Assembly: GCA_027050205.1 (NCBI GenBank)
Contig: JALUCS010000127.1
Location: 1-21,682, forward strand
Reading direction: 5' to 3'
Source of the DNA: a candidate division WOR-3 bacterium
Lineage (GTDB): Bacteria; Hydrothermota; Hydrothermia; LBFQ01
Length of the DNA stretch: 21,682 nucleotides
This document shows positions 1 to 8,725 of this stretch, piece after piece. The translations under genes and the position numbers were made by a program. The first letter of the stretch is position 1, and every line of letters starts with the position of its first letter. The notes under the pieces were generated by a model. The model had not been told where the DNA came from, ran no database searches, and saw only the letters and a program-made list of their open reading frames with translations.

Positions 1-66
1 CCTTTGGAACTTCTAAGTTCCGGGAGATTCGCATGCAGCATAAAGGCAAAGGGAGAATATCAGCCT

Positions 67-795
67 ATGCTGATGCTGTTGGCAACTCCCTTGAACGCAG
101 ATCTGACGGGCGACGGTGTGGATGAGAGCGTAGAGATAGGTACCAAGAGCATAATCGTACGCGACGGTGCCACGGGCAGGAGGTACATCCCCATAAGAGG
201 GGAGAGCATCTTGGACTTCATCGTCTTCCCCTCCACCGACGGCTCCCGCTCGTACATAGCCGTTATCACGGAAAAACGGGCGGCCATAGTTGGGGGAAGG
301 ACCGTAAGGGTCCTAAACTCCGTAGAGTTTCCCTTTGAACCCGAGGATTACATTTTGAACGAAATACCCGTTACGTTCTACAACCTACGTACCCTATACG
401 CCATAATAACGTTCGGAGGTGAAGACTTCCTCACGCTCACGCTCGCTACCTGCGGGGGTCATCCGTGCTTTAAAGAATCCGGGTCGGGATACAACACGGC
501 CAATATAGAGGCTGGGGAATCCGGAGTGCTTCATAAGGCGATAGAGGGGAACGCCGCCATCCTCGTCAAACTTATGGTAGCAGGAGATCCGGATAAGGAT
601 ATACACGTCAGGGCCCACTACGATGGAGCCGAGAAGAATTTCGGCAGGGTGCACGAGTTAACTGCCGTTTTTTACAACCCCGAACCTCGTGCCAAGTCCT
701 TGGCACTCTTCCTTGACAACACCTACTCCCTATTTACCGGTAAGGACATCTCCATATTGACAGCCTCTTGGAAGAACCCCTACGTCTTCCGGTGA
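67..795 (+). CDS. Hypothetical protein with an N-terminal FG-GAP-like Ca-binding motif (DLTGDGVDE), possibly exported
   Basis: The ORF track starts at TTG 4. ATG 67 (MLMLLATPLNADLTGDGVDE) is preferred because it gives a short hydrophobic N-terminus and has GAGAAT 8 nt upstream, resembling the window's -10 pattern. No family recognised beyond the motif. Confidence 0.6.
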   Translation: MLMLLATPLNADLTGDGVDESVEIGTKSIIVRDGATGRRYIPIRGESILDFIVFPSTDGSRSYIAVITEKRAAIVGGRTVRVLNSVEFPFEPEDYILNEIPVTFYNLRTLYAIITFGGEDFLTLTLATCGGHPCFKESGSGYNTANIEAGESGVLHKAIEGNAAILVKLMVAGDPDKDIHVRAHYDGAEKNFGRVHELTAVFYNPEPRAKSLALFLDNTYSLFTGKDISILTASWKNPYVFR

Positions 796-816
796 GGGTT
801 TCCCCTCAATCCGATA

Positions 817-830
817 TGCGACCTTAGAAT
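817..830 (+). promoter_or_regulatory. Putative -10 element TGCGACCT-TAGAAT (leaderless-type promoter)
   Basis: TAGAAT at 825-830, 9 nt before ATG 840, with no SD. Confidence 0.65.
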
Positions 831-839
831 CCGTCCGCT

Positions 840-1508
840 ATGGAGTTGCTGAAGGTTGAGGGGTTGTACGTGGAGTTGGGGGGGAGGCTCGTCTTGGAGA
901 ACGTTAGCCTTACGGTTAAAAGGGGACAGATCGTCTCCGTCCTCGGCCCCAACGGCGCTGGCAAAACTACCCTACTCAAGGCCATCGTCGGTCTCGTACC
1001 CTACAGGGGGAGGGTGATTCTAAAGGGTAAGTTGGCCTACCTACCCCAGGAGAAGAACTTCAACCCATACATACCCTTTACGGTCGGGGATGTGGCCTAC
1101 CTGGGCGTCAGGGATAGGGAGGTGGTTGACAGCTTCCTAAGTCGCTTTGGCATAGGCGGTAAGGGACAGAGGTTTAGGGACCTATCCGGGGGGCAGAAGC
1201 AGAAGGTCCTGATCGCCCGTTTCCTTGGCATAGGGGCGGACCTCTTCCTCCTTGACGAACCTCTTACGGGTCTGGACACCGTAGCCCAAAGGGAGTTTGA
1301 GAGCTTACTGAAGGAGCTGAAGGGGATGGGTAAGGGGGTGCTGATGGTTAGCCACGATATAGGCCACGCCCTATCCGTCTCCGACGCCGTCCTCTGTCTC
1401 AACCGGACGGTCTTCTATCACGGGAAACCGAAGTACGACCCCGTGATCTTCTCCCGGACGTACGGTATAGAGGTGGTACCCCTCGGCCACCGCCACAACG
1501 CCCCCTGA
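840..1508 (+). CDS. znuC: Zn/Mn-type metal ABC transporter ATP-binding protein (ZnuC-like)
   Basis: Walker A GPNGAGKTT, Q-loop AYLPQ, signature LSGGQKQ, Walker B LFLLDEP, H-loop VSHD, VLCLN motif and C-terminal HRH typical of the ZnuC subfamily. Confidence 0.85.
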   Translation: MELLKVEGLYVELGGRLVLENVSLTVKRGQIVSVLGPNGAGKTTLLKAIVGLVPYRGRVILKGKLAYLPQEKNFNPYIPFTVGDVAYLGVRDREVVDSFLSRFGIGGKGQRFRDLSGGQKQKVLIARFLGIGADLFLLDEPLTGLDTVAQREFESLLKELKGMGKGVLMVSHDIGHALSVSDAVLCLNRTVFYHGKPKYDPVIFSRTYGIEVVPLGHRHNAP

Positions 1509-1527
1509 CCTCCTACCGTTTCTCCCT

Positions 1528-1533
1528 TAAAAT
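1528..1533 (+). promoter_or_regulatory. Putative -10 element TAAAAT
   Basis: 9 nt before ATG 1543, with no SD. Confidence 0.55.
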
Positions 1534-1542
1534 CTACCCGTT

Positions 1543-4500
1543 ATGCTGTTGATCCTATCCCTTACGGTACGTTTCAACAAAGGGGAAATAAACGACCTTC
1601 CGAGGTTTTCACCCTACCCCGGTTATCCGGAGGTACCTGTCAAGCTTCTGACGTTGGAGCTGGCCTCGGACGAGTACGTAAAAGGGGTGGAGGTGGAGAG
1701 GGTCCGGAGCGTTCCCATCTCCTACAGGTTCTCCTACGTTGAGGTGATAGACACGCCGGGTGGGACGAGGGTTAAGAGAGTTATGCCCAGAAACTACCCC
1801 AAGGATGTGGTGATGGTGGGGAATCAGGGCTTCTTGAGGGGTAGGAGGATAGCCTTCATAGCAGTGGCAGCCGTATCCGTAAGGGATGGACAGACCTACC
1901 TGAACGAAGAGGTTGAGTTTAGAATAGTAAAGGGGCGACGCACCTTCTCCTACGAGGTTCCCGCCCGTTCCGACCTCCCCCTCTGGGAAGGGGTACTCGG
2001 AGACTTAGGCCTGGCCCACCCTACGGACTCCTACGTCCCGGCCACCGCCCTTGATTACGTTATCCTGACGACGGAGGCCCTCAAACCCCACTGGAGGCCA
2101 CTCGCCACCCTACGGAACACGATGGGGATAAGGACGGAGATATTTACGGTTGAGTGGATCAGGGAGAACTTCCCCGGCCGCTCCGACCCGGAGAGGATAA
2201 GGAACTTCCTGAAGTACGCCTACAGGACATGGGGCATAACCTACCTTCTGATAGGGGCGCCTCCGGAGGTGGTATCTCCCCTAAGGACGTACGTGGAGAT
2301 CTTCGCGGATACCTCAAGGGATTTCTACGGGAAGTACTTCCAGAACTACGAACTTACGGACTACTACTATTCGGCCCTGGACGGGGACTGGAACCCCTCC
2401 GCCGACGCTTGGGAGGGGGATATGGAGGGGAGTTGGGACAGGTACATAGACCTTATGCCCGACATAATCGTCGCCCGGTATCCAGCCCGTACGCCGGAGG
2501 ACGTTGAGAGGTACATCTCCCACGTCTACGAGTACGAATCGGAGAGCGACTTCAGCCTCCCCAGATACCTCTTCGTAGCCTCCAACCTGTGGGGGGACAC
2601 CGTAGACCCCGATAGCGCCGACGGGTGCCTCATAACCTACAACTTGGGCGCCCGCGTCAGCGTCGGTGAGAAGAGGTTCCTGTGCGAGAGACCCTCCTCG
2701 GTGGTGAGGGACAGCATAAACGCCTTCAAACCCACCTTCCTGTTCGGTATAGGCCACTCCAACCAGAGGATAATAATGACCCGGAACTCCCACTCCGCCT
2801 ACGACGCCTACGACTACAACCGCATAAACCAGATAACCTCCCCCCAGAGGTTCGTAGCCGGGTGGATCGGGTGCTTCGTAAACGACCCCTTTGACAACTC
2901 CATTGGCCTGGAGATGGTGAAGAAGGGCAAGGCTGTCGTCTCCATAGGGGCGGCCAAGGCCGACTACTCCCTCTCCGCCCTCACCTTCTGGGGACCCCTC
3001 CTTGACACCCTCGCAGCGAGGGGCGGCTTCCCCTTCGCCGGGGATATGGTCTTCCGGGCCAAGATGGAGGGCGTGGCCCTGGCCAACATCTCCCCCCTCT
3101 ACAGGCACCTCCTCTTCTCCTACAACATCATAGGGGACCCGCTCGTCAGGATGTTTAACAGGGAGAGGAGGGCCATAACCGTCGCCGCCTCCTCTTCGGA
3201 CACCTCTATAACCCTGTACGTCAGGGACTCCGTCTCCTCTTCCCCCCTACCCTTCGCCCGCGTTGGGGCTACGGACGGCAGGGCCTCCTTCGGTCCGGCA
3301 TACACCACCTCCTCCGGTACCGCCACCCTGACCGTCCCTCCGGGTAGGATCGTCTGGGGGGTGTGGTACCCCACCGCCTTGGTGAAGGTCGGGACCCTCT
3401 CCGTCTCCTCCTCCGCCCCCCACCTACAGGTGGACTCGGCCCACCTGACTACCCCCAACGATACCGCCGTCCTTAGCGTATGGGTGAGGAACATCGGCTC
3501 GGATACCGTCCGCAACCTCCTCCCCTACCTCGTAACCTACGACTTCTACGTCCTCTCCTCCCCTTCGCCGCGGGACGTCCCCGCCGGTGGCACCGTAAGG
3601 TACGACTGGACGGTGGTGAGGTCCCCCTACCTCTCCTCCCAGATGGCGAGGGTGAGGGTCGTAGGGGCTTACCTTGACGACACCTTCTTCGTATCTACGG
3701 CCACCCCCCGCCTGTCCTTCATCTCGGCCTCCTGGCACGCCCACTACGATACGGTCTTCCTCTTCATCAACGTAGCGAATAACGGTACGGACACGGCCTA
3801 CGACGTCCGGGCCGTTCCGGACAGTACCTCCCTCTCCCTCCTGGGGGTCACCCCGTACCCGGCCCTCGCACCGGGGGAGGCGAGCGAGTACGCCCTACAG
3901 GTGCGATTTGTAGGATTTACGGGTGAAAGGCAGAGGATCCGCTTCCGTCTGTACGCCGGTGGCACCTTCTACGACACCTTCTCCGTCGTCCTAAGGGACT
4001 CCCTACCCATCCCCACCCTGCTGAATTACTGGGTGGAGCCGGGCCAGGGGGAGGTAACCTTGAGGTGGCACTACGTCGCGTCCCTGCCGGACACCGTACG
4101 CCTGACGTGGAGGGTAGCCTCCCGGAGCCGCACCCTTAACACCACCACCCTGACGGGTAGCCTCTTTTCCTTCCTCGCCGACCCCTTGGCGAAGGAGACG
4201 GTGGTGGTCTATCCGGTGATAGACGGTATAGAGGGACCTCCCCTCTTCTCAACGGTCATAGCACCCCAACCGGAGATGTTCTCCAGCCGTTACCTTGAAC
4301 TCATACGCTTCTCCGCCGCCCCCGTCCGCACGAGCAACTCCCAGGTGATCATGGCCCAGCTCCAGAACTATACCGCCGAGCCGGAGATAGTGGTCGCCAC
4401 CACGTACAACCGTATCCTCGCCTTGACCTACGACACCCGCCGCGTCCTATGGGACACATACACGGACGGCTGGATAGAGGTTCCCCCGCTCGTCGCCGAC

Positions 4501-5784
4501 GTAAATGGGGACGGGAGGTACGAGGTCGTCTTCGCTACCACCTTCTACCTCTACGCCCTAAGCGGTTACGACGGCTCTGTCGTCTGGAGGACCCCCATAC
4601 CCACCTTCCCCGGCGAGGCCGACTCCACCCCTTGGCCTATGTACCTGATGATAACCCGCCCCTTCGCCGACAGCACCCCCTACATCTTCATGCTTAGCCA
4701 TCGGGGTAGCGCCTTCCTCTTCAACGGCAACGGGGACCTCGTGGCCTACAGGTTGGACACCATCGCCTCCAACCTTGACGATACGGTCCGGATATCCCCT
4801 CCGGCCACCTACGACTTTGACGGCGACGGCAACTACGAGATCGTCTATAGGGTGAAGGACAGCCTCTACGTGATGGACGGGAGCCTGACTCCTCTGACCG
4901 GTTCGCCCGTCTATCTGGACGATCTCACGACCGGCCTCTTCGTAAGCGATATGGACGGGGACTCCGAGATGGAGATAGTCCTGTGCGGCCACGCCAACTA
5001 CATCCTTGAGAAGGACGGGAGGGTGCTTCTCCATGACGACAACGCGTACTACGCCAACTACCTCTGTCTGCCCTTGGACTTCAACGGGGACGGGAGGATA
5101 GACATCGCCTTCTACAGCCCCGTAGACCCGGATATAGGCGTCTGGGAGGTCCAAGATACCGGCCTCGTCCCCCTCCTACGCCTTTACCCCAACCTCGGTA
5201 CGAGGGCCAAGTTCGGTATATCCGCCGATGTGGACGGGGACGGTAAGGACGAGTTCCTCGTCTCTGACAGCCGAAGTAAGCTCCACGCCTACTCCTACGG
5301 TTGGGACCTGCCAGACCTTCCGGGGTTCCCCATAGACCTCTCCGACGGAAACGGACTCCGCAGTTCCGAGGTGGTATCCCCTTCGGCCTTTGAGTACGAC
5401 GACCACCTCTACATCTACGGCCCCACGGAGGCCAACATCCTGTACGTCTGGCGTTCCAACGGCCGTCCCTTCTGGACTACCCGTTTCGCCAACAGGTGGG
5501 CCACCAACTCCCCCATAGACTCCCTACCCGACGAGGTTCCCGTCTCCGTCTCCGAAGCTCGCCACAGGCCGAAAGACTTGAGGTACGTCCTCTTAGGGAG
5601 GCGTCTGACCGTAATGGGCGAGGGGAGGGTTGAGGTTAGGATTTACGACCTCTCCGGCCGTCTCGTTGGCCTCTTCACTGGGGAGAACGGCATAGACGTC
5701 ATCCTGAAGCTACCCAAGGGGGCCTACTTCGTAAAGGCCAAAGATTCGGTGAGGACGAAGTTGTTCAAGGTGATCCTACGTTAG
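1543..5784 (+). CDS. Peptidase family C25 (gingipain-like) cysteine protease with propeptide, Ig/CARDB-like domains, FG-GAP repeats and a Por/T9SS-type C-terminal sorting domain
   Basis: C25 hallmarks: DYVILT, IRNFLKYAY..WGITYLLIG, TDYYYSALDGDW, DLMPDIIVARYP, catalytic-type His (FGIGHS) and Cys (WIGCFVN), YNIIGDP. Repeats DVNGDGRYE, DFDGDGNYE, DMDGDSEME, DFNGDGRID, DVDGDGKDE. C-terminus IYDLSGRLV...LPKGAYFV...KVILR. Confidence 0.88.
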   Translation: MLLILSLTVRFNKGEINDLPRFSPYPGYPEVPVKLLTLELASDEYVKGVEVERVRSVPISYRFSYVEVIDTPGGTRVKRVMPRNYPKDVVMVGNQGFLRGRRIAFIAVAAVSVRDGQTYLNEEVEFRIVKGRRTFSYEVPARSDLPLWEGVLGDLGLAHPTDSYVPATALDYVILTTEALKPHWRPLATLRNTMGIRTEIFTVEWIRENFPGRSDPERIRNFLKYAYRTWGITYLLIGAPPEVVSPLRTYVEIFADTSRDFYGKYFQNYELTDYYYSALDGDWNPSADAWEGDMEGSWDRYIDLMPDIIVARYPARTPEDVERYISHVYEYESESDFSLPRYLFVASNLWGDTVDPDSADGCLITYNLGARVSVGEKRFLCERPSSVVRDSINAFKPTFLFGIGHSNQRIIMTRNSHSAYDAYDYNRINQITSPQRFVAGWIGCFVNDPFDNSIGLEMVKKGKAVVSIGAAKADYSLSALTFWGPLLDTLAARGGFPFAGDMVFRAKMEGVALANISPLYRHLLFSYNIIGDPLVRMFNRERRAITVAASSSDTSITLYVRDSVSSSPLPFARVGATDGRASFGPAYTTSSGTATLTVPPGRIVWGVWYPTALVKVGTLSVSSSAPHLQVDSAHLTTPNDTAVLSVWVRNIGSDTVRNLLPYLVTYDFYVLSSPSPRDVPAGGTVRYDWTVVRSPYLSSQMARVRVVGAYLDDTFFVSTATPRLSFISASWHAHYDTVFLFINVANNGTDTAYDVRAVPDSTSLSLLGVTPYPALAPGEASEYALQVRFVGFTGERQRIRFRLYAGGTFYDTFSVVLRDSLPIPTLLNYWVEPGQGEVTLRWHYVASLPDTVRLTWRVASRSRTLNTTTLTGSLFSFLADPLAKETVVVYPVIDGIEGPPLFSTVIAPQPEMFSSRYLELIRFSAAPVRTSNSQVIMAQLQNYTAEPEIVVATTYNRILALTYDTRRVLWDTYTDGWIEVPPLVADVNGDGRYEVVFATTFYLYALSGYDGSVVWRTPIPTFPGEADSTPWPMYLMITRPFADSTPYIFMLSHRGSAFLFNGNGDLVAYRLDTIASNLDDTVRISPPATYDFDGDGNYEIVYRVKDSLYVMDGSLTPLTGSPVYLDDLTTGLFVSDMDGDSEMEIVLCGHANYILEKDGRVLLHDDNAYYANYLCLPLDFNGDGRIDIAFYSPVDPDIGVWEVQDTGLVPLLRLYPNLGTRAKFGISADVDGDGKDEFLVSDSRSKLHAYSYGWDLPDLPGFPIDLSDGNGLRSSEVVSPSAFEYDDHLYIYGPTEANILYVWRSNGRPFWTTRFANRWATNSPIDSLPDEVPVSVSEARHRPKDLRYVLLGRRLTVMGEGRVEVRIYDLSGRLVGLFTGENGIDVILKLPKGAYFVKAKDSVRTKLFKVILR

Positions 5785-6068
5785 AGGCCCTCAAGGATCC
5801 GCTTCAGGGTGGCGAGGTAATCGGTTAGTCTCCTCCTCCCCTCCTCCGTTAGGTCGTAGTAGGTCACGGGCTTCCTCCCCTTGAAGGTCTTCTCGTACCG
5901 CACTATACCCTCCCTCTCCAAGACCCGCAGGTGGGATGCGAGGTTCCCGTCCGTCAGGCCGAGCTCCTCCTTAAGGGTGCTGAAGTCGGTCTTACCCCTC
6001 TTCAGGAGGATAACGAGGATGCCGAGGCGGACGCGGTTGTGGATTACCGGGTCAAGTCCCTCTATCAT
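5781..6068 (-). CDS. Winged-helix transcriptional regulator (ArsR/MarR-like, HTH_34 type)
   Basis: LDPVIHNRVRLGIL...DFSTLKEELGLTDGNLASHLRVLE...GRKPVTYYDLTEEGRR is the typical pattern. Its stop overlaps the convergent C25 gene stop by 4 bp. Confidence 0.9.
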   Translation of the reverse strand: MIEGLDPVIHNRVRLGILVILLKRGKTDFSTLKEELGLTDGNLASHLRVLEREGIVRYEKTFKGRKPVTYYDLTEEGRRRLTDYLATLKRILEGL

Positions 6069-6780
6069 ATCGGAGGTATAGGACTAGACCGGATAAGGCC
6101 ATAGAAAGGGCGACGAGGTCGTAGGTAACGAGGCCCCACCACCGGCTGAAGTAGTATATGACCGGGAAACCGAAGAGCATGATCAGTCCGAGGAAGAAGA
6201 AGACCTTGTGAAAAACCCCCGACATAAAGAGGCCTGCCCCGAACATCTGGCTAATCCAAACTTGGAAGATTTCGGCGTTCCTGTCCAAATCTGGGAGTAG
6301 GTATAGGGCAGCTATCAACCAGAAGCTCCCGAAGAGGACACCCCAGGTACTTCCCACCACGGCGGCCAGAGGGGTACGGCGTTGCGAGGGTAAGTTTGTG
6401 CGTGAATATACGATTGCGGAGGCGGCGAATATAAATAGGATGGTGGCTACAACCGTCCATGGGATGGAATGGGTTGTAAAGTAGGTGATGAAAACGACAG
6501 GGTAGCCAAGCAACCATACGACCATAGGGAAGACGATAGCACGGGCGGATCTCTCCCTTTCCCAGAAGAAGGAGATGGAGGAGAGGGCGAAGGCTAAAAA
6601 GAGGGTGTAGAACCATAGGTCAAAGTGGAAGAACATCCCGAGGGTCATATTCAGGGATACGTACGCCCCCCATACGGCCATCTGATAGAAGAAGTGCTTA
6701 GCCTCCTCCTTTCCCTTTTTAGCGAGGAAGAGGAGGACGTCTATCTCCGACAGTATATCCCTTAGGTTATCCCTATCCAT
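6052..6780 (-). CDS. Multi-pass integral membrane protein of unknown function
   Basis: About 7-8 hydrophobic segments. ATG 6780 is preceded by GGAGG with 6-nt spacing. Overlaps the wHTH gene by 17 bp. Confidence 0.8.
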   Translation of the reverse strand: MDRDNLRDILSEIDVLLFLAKKGKEEAKHFFYQMAVWGAYVSLNMTLGMFFHFDLWFYTLFLAFALSSISFFWERERSARAIVFPMVVWLLGYPVVFITYFTTHSIPWTVVATILFIFAASAIVYSRTNLPSQRRTPLAAVVGSTWGVLFGSFWLIAALYLLPDLDRNAEIFQVWISQMFGAGLFMSGVFHKVFFFLGLIMLFGFPVIYYFSRWWGLVTYDLVALSMALSGLVLYLRYDRGT

Positions 6781-6800
6781 CCTTAACCTCCGAAAGAACG

Positions 6801-6819
6801 AGGGGGGAAGATCCCCCCT
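6801..6819 (-). terminator. GC-rich hairpin inside the operon (terminator/attenuator or stability element)
   Basis: Minus strand reads AGGGGGGA-TCT-TCCCCCCT followed by CGTTCTTT, an imperfect U-tract. Confidence 0.45.
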
Positions 6820-6826
6820 TTTCCCT

Positions 6827-7444
6827 TCACTTACCGCTCCATCCTCCACCACCTATTATGAGCGTCCCCCAGAAGACCGGTTGCCTGTAGGTGGGGTAGC
6901 CCGTGGAGGTGTTGCCGTTCACCTGCCATCCGGAGCCGAGGGTGTAGCCGGCGCCGAGGTTCAGGCCCACGAGGAAGAAGGCGTACCTGTACGCGAGGGT
7001 CAGACCTCCCTTAACGAGGAAGCCTCCGCTCTCCAAGGTGAGGCTTACGGGAGGGTCCTTGAGCAGGTCCGAGAAGCTACCGCCCTTCGCCTCCCTGACC
7101 TTCACCGTTACGCCGCCGCCTCCTATGCCGAGGGAGGGGAAGACGAGGACGTTGTTGGCGTTGAAGAGGGCGTATCCGAAGGAGAAGTACCCACCGCCTA
7201 TGGTGGCACTGGTGTTGTACTTGGGGGAGGTGGCTCCCTGGAGGTCTATGCCAAAGCCTCCGCCTCCGATGACTAAGTTGCCTATGAGGGCGTACCCCTC
7301 TCCTCCGCTTAGGATTCCACCGTTTCCGGGTACGGGATAGCCAGCGCCCTTAAGAGAGGACGCCACGTCGCCGAGTTCACCGTACCCGTACCCTACCATC
7401 CAGTATCCGAAACCTCCGGCTGCGCCTATGAGTGCTGCAAACAT
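6827..7444 (-). CDS. Gly/aromatic-rich protein, probable outer-membrane beta-barrel
   Basis: ATG 7444 follows AGGAGG (6-nt spacing). Alternating hydrophobic/Gly strands (GGEGYALIG, GGGYFSFGYA, LVGLNLGAGY, FWGTLIIG). The fold is inferred. Confidence 0.6.
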   Translation of the reverse strand: MFAALIGAAGGFGYWMVGYGYGELGDVASSLKGAGYPVPGNGGILSGGEGYALIGNLVIGGGGFGIDLQGATSPKYNTSATIGGGYFSFGYALFNANNVLVFPSLGIGGGGVTVKVREAKGGSFSDLLKDPPVSLTLESGGFLVKGGLTLAYRYAFFLVGLNLGAGYTLGSGWQVNGNTSTGYPTYRQPVFWGTLIIGGGGWSGK

Positions 7445-7446
7445 AG

Positions 7447-7965
7447 CTAACCTCCTTTTGCTTCCGCCTTTATCGCGAAGGTCGCATATAGACCCTCCCA
7501 ATCGTAGAGCATATAGCCGTAGATGAGGTGGAAGAGTAGCCCTACACCCCATCCCAAGAGCGGATAGACGAACCACATCTTATGGGGCGTAAGGGACAGG
7601 TTGAGGGCGACGAGGACGGCGTTTGCTACGGCGTACAGGATGGCATGGGCTACAACGCCCCTGCGGGCCTTCTCCCTGTGGAACCTTACGAACCCATCAC
7701 GGGATAGCCTACCGCCTACGAAGGCGACGAACTTCTCGCCAACTACTCCGTAGTCAGTGATGAAGAAGACTGACAGGAAGTGCATCAGGAGACCGAGACC
7801 CCAGAACAGCAGAGGGTACTGGAACCAGAGTTTCTGTGGGGACGTTGATAGGTTCAGGAGGACGAACGTAGCGTTGAGGAGGACGTAGAACGCCGCATGC
7901 TCTAATAAGGCACGCCTCTCCCTCTGCTTCAGCCACTCCGCATAAGCTTTTGCTAAAACCTTCAT
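7447..7965 (-). CDS. Protein with two tandem 2TM domains
   Basis: Internal duplication: RRALLEHAAFYVLLNATFVLLNL..PQKLWFQYPLLFWGLGLLMH and RRGVVAHAILYAVANAVLVALNL..PHKMWFVYPLLGWGVGLLFH. Both fit the 2TM pattern H..Y..N....N...W..P...WG.GL..H. SD GGAGG upstream. Confidence 0.85.
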   Translation of the reverse strand: MKVLAKAYAEWLKQRERRALLEHAAFYVLLNATFVLLNLSTSPQKLWFQYPLLFWGLGLLMHFLSVFFITDYGVVGEKFVAFVGGRLSRDGFVRFHREKARRGVVAHAILYAVANAVLVALNLSLTPHKMWFVYPLLGWGVGLLFHLIYGYMLYDWEGLYATFAIKAEAKGG

Positions 7966-7967
7966 AT

Positions 7968-8651
7968 CTAACCTCCCTTTGCCTTCAGAATTGACCAGAC
8001 GGTCGCCGTAAAGTTGTAAAGGCCGTGGGCGAAGAATACCCCCCAGAAGGCCCCTGTCTTCATATACACTCCGCCCAGTATCAGCCCGGCCACAAAGGCG
8101 TACAGGGCGTGCTGCCAGCTGCTTCCGAGGTGGTGAAGGCCGAAGCCGAAGGCGGAGGCCAGGAGGCCCCAGACCCCACCGATGGCGTTGAGGACGTAGG
8201 CCCTCCAGGTTACCTCCTCAAGGGAGCCGAAGAGGGCGCTCTCAAAGGCCCAGAAGAGGTTATCCCTTTCGGGATGGAAGGTATGCACCTGAAGGCCGGA
8301 CAACTTAACTGACAGGTTCAGAAGCCAGAGGCCCGTGAAGGCTATGGCGAAGGTCAGGACCTCGCTCCTGAAGTCCTTGGGTAGGAAGGGGTTGAAGGCA
8401 ACGTCCCCGGCCTTTATCCTCCAGTAGGAGATTACGGCCCACAGACCTATGTTGAGGGATACGATGAGCATAGGGAACCAGAAGGTCCAATTGAGGGCAA
8501 AGAGTAGGAGAAAGCCCGTAAGGACGAGACGGGAGTTCTTGGTGGCGGCGAGGATGTGGGCGGAGATGAAGACCGCACTGAAAAGCCCGTAAAGGCTCAA
8601 GGTCATCCCTATTACGGTAAGCCACGGCCACGGCTTCAAAGTACTTTGCAT
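7968..8651 (-). CDS. CPBP family (Abi/Rce1, CAAX type II) intramembrane metalloprotease
   Basis: Motifs EEVTWR (EExxxR), FGLHH (FxxxH) and HGLYN (HxxxN). Start moved to ATG 8651 because TAGAAT lies 8 nt upstream (8660-8665, minus strand) and the longer ORF overlaps the MFS gene. Confidence 0.85.
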   Translation of the reverse strand: MQSTLKPWPWLTVIGMTLSLYGLFSAVFISAHILAATKNSRLVLTGFLLLFALNWTFWFPMLIVSLNIGLWAVISYWRIKAGDVAFNPFLPKDFRSEVLTFAIAFTGLWLLNLSVKLSGLQVHTFHPERDNLFWAFESALFGSLEEVTWRAYVLNAIGGVWGLLASAFGFGLHHLGSSWQHALYAFVAGLILGGVYMKTGAFWGVFFAHGLYNFTATVWSILKAKGG

Positions 8652-8725
8652 CAGAAAGTATTCTACGGCAGAAATGGGGCCGGTGTCAAAAACCCGGCGA
8701 AGCATGTCCCTTAGAATCCCCGCTC

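Noticed and set aside
793..808. Hairpin TGAGGG-TTTC-CCCTCA at the stop of the first ORF
   Set aside because: A 6-bp stem with no U-tract is too weak to call a terminator.
2154..5406. Several long overlapping or antisense ORFs inside the C25 gene (similar ones lie within the aminotransferase, FG-GAP and buk genes)
   Set aside because: These are expected shadow frames in GC-rich coding DNA. They show no motifs or initiation signals.
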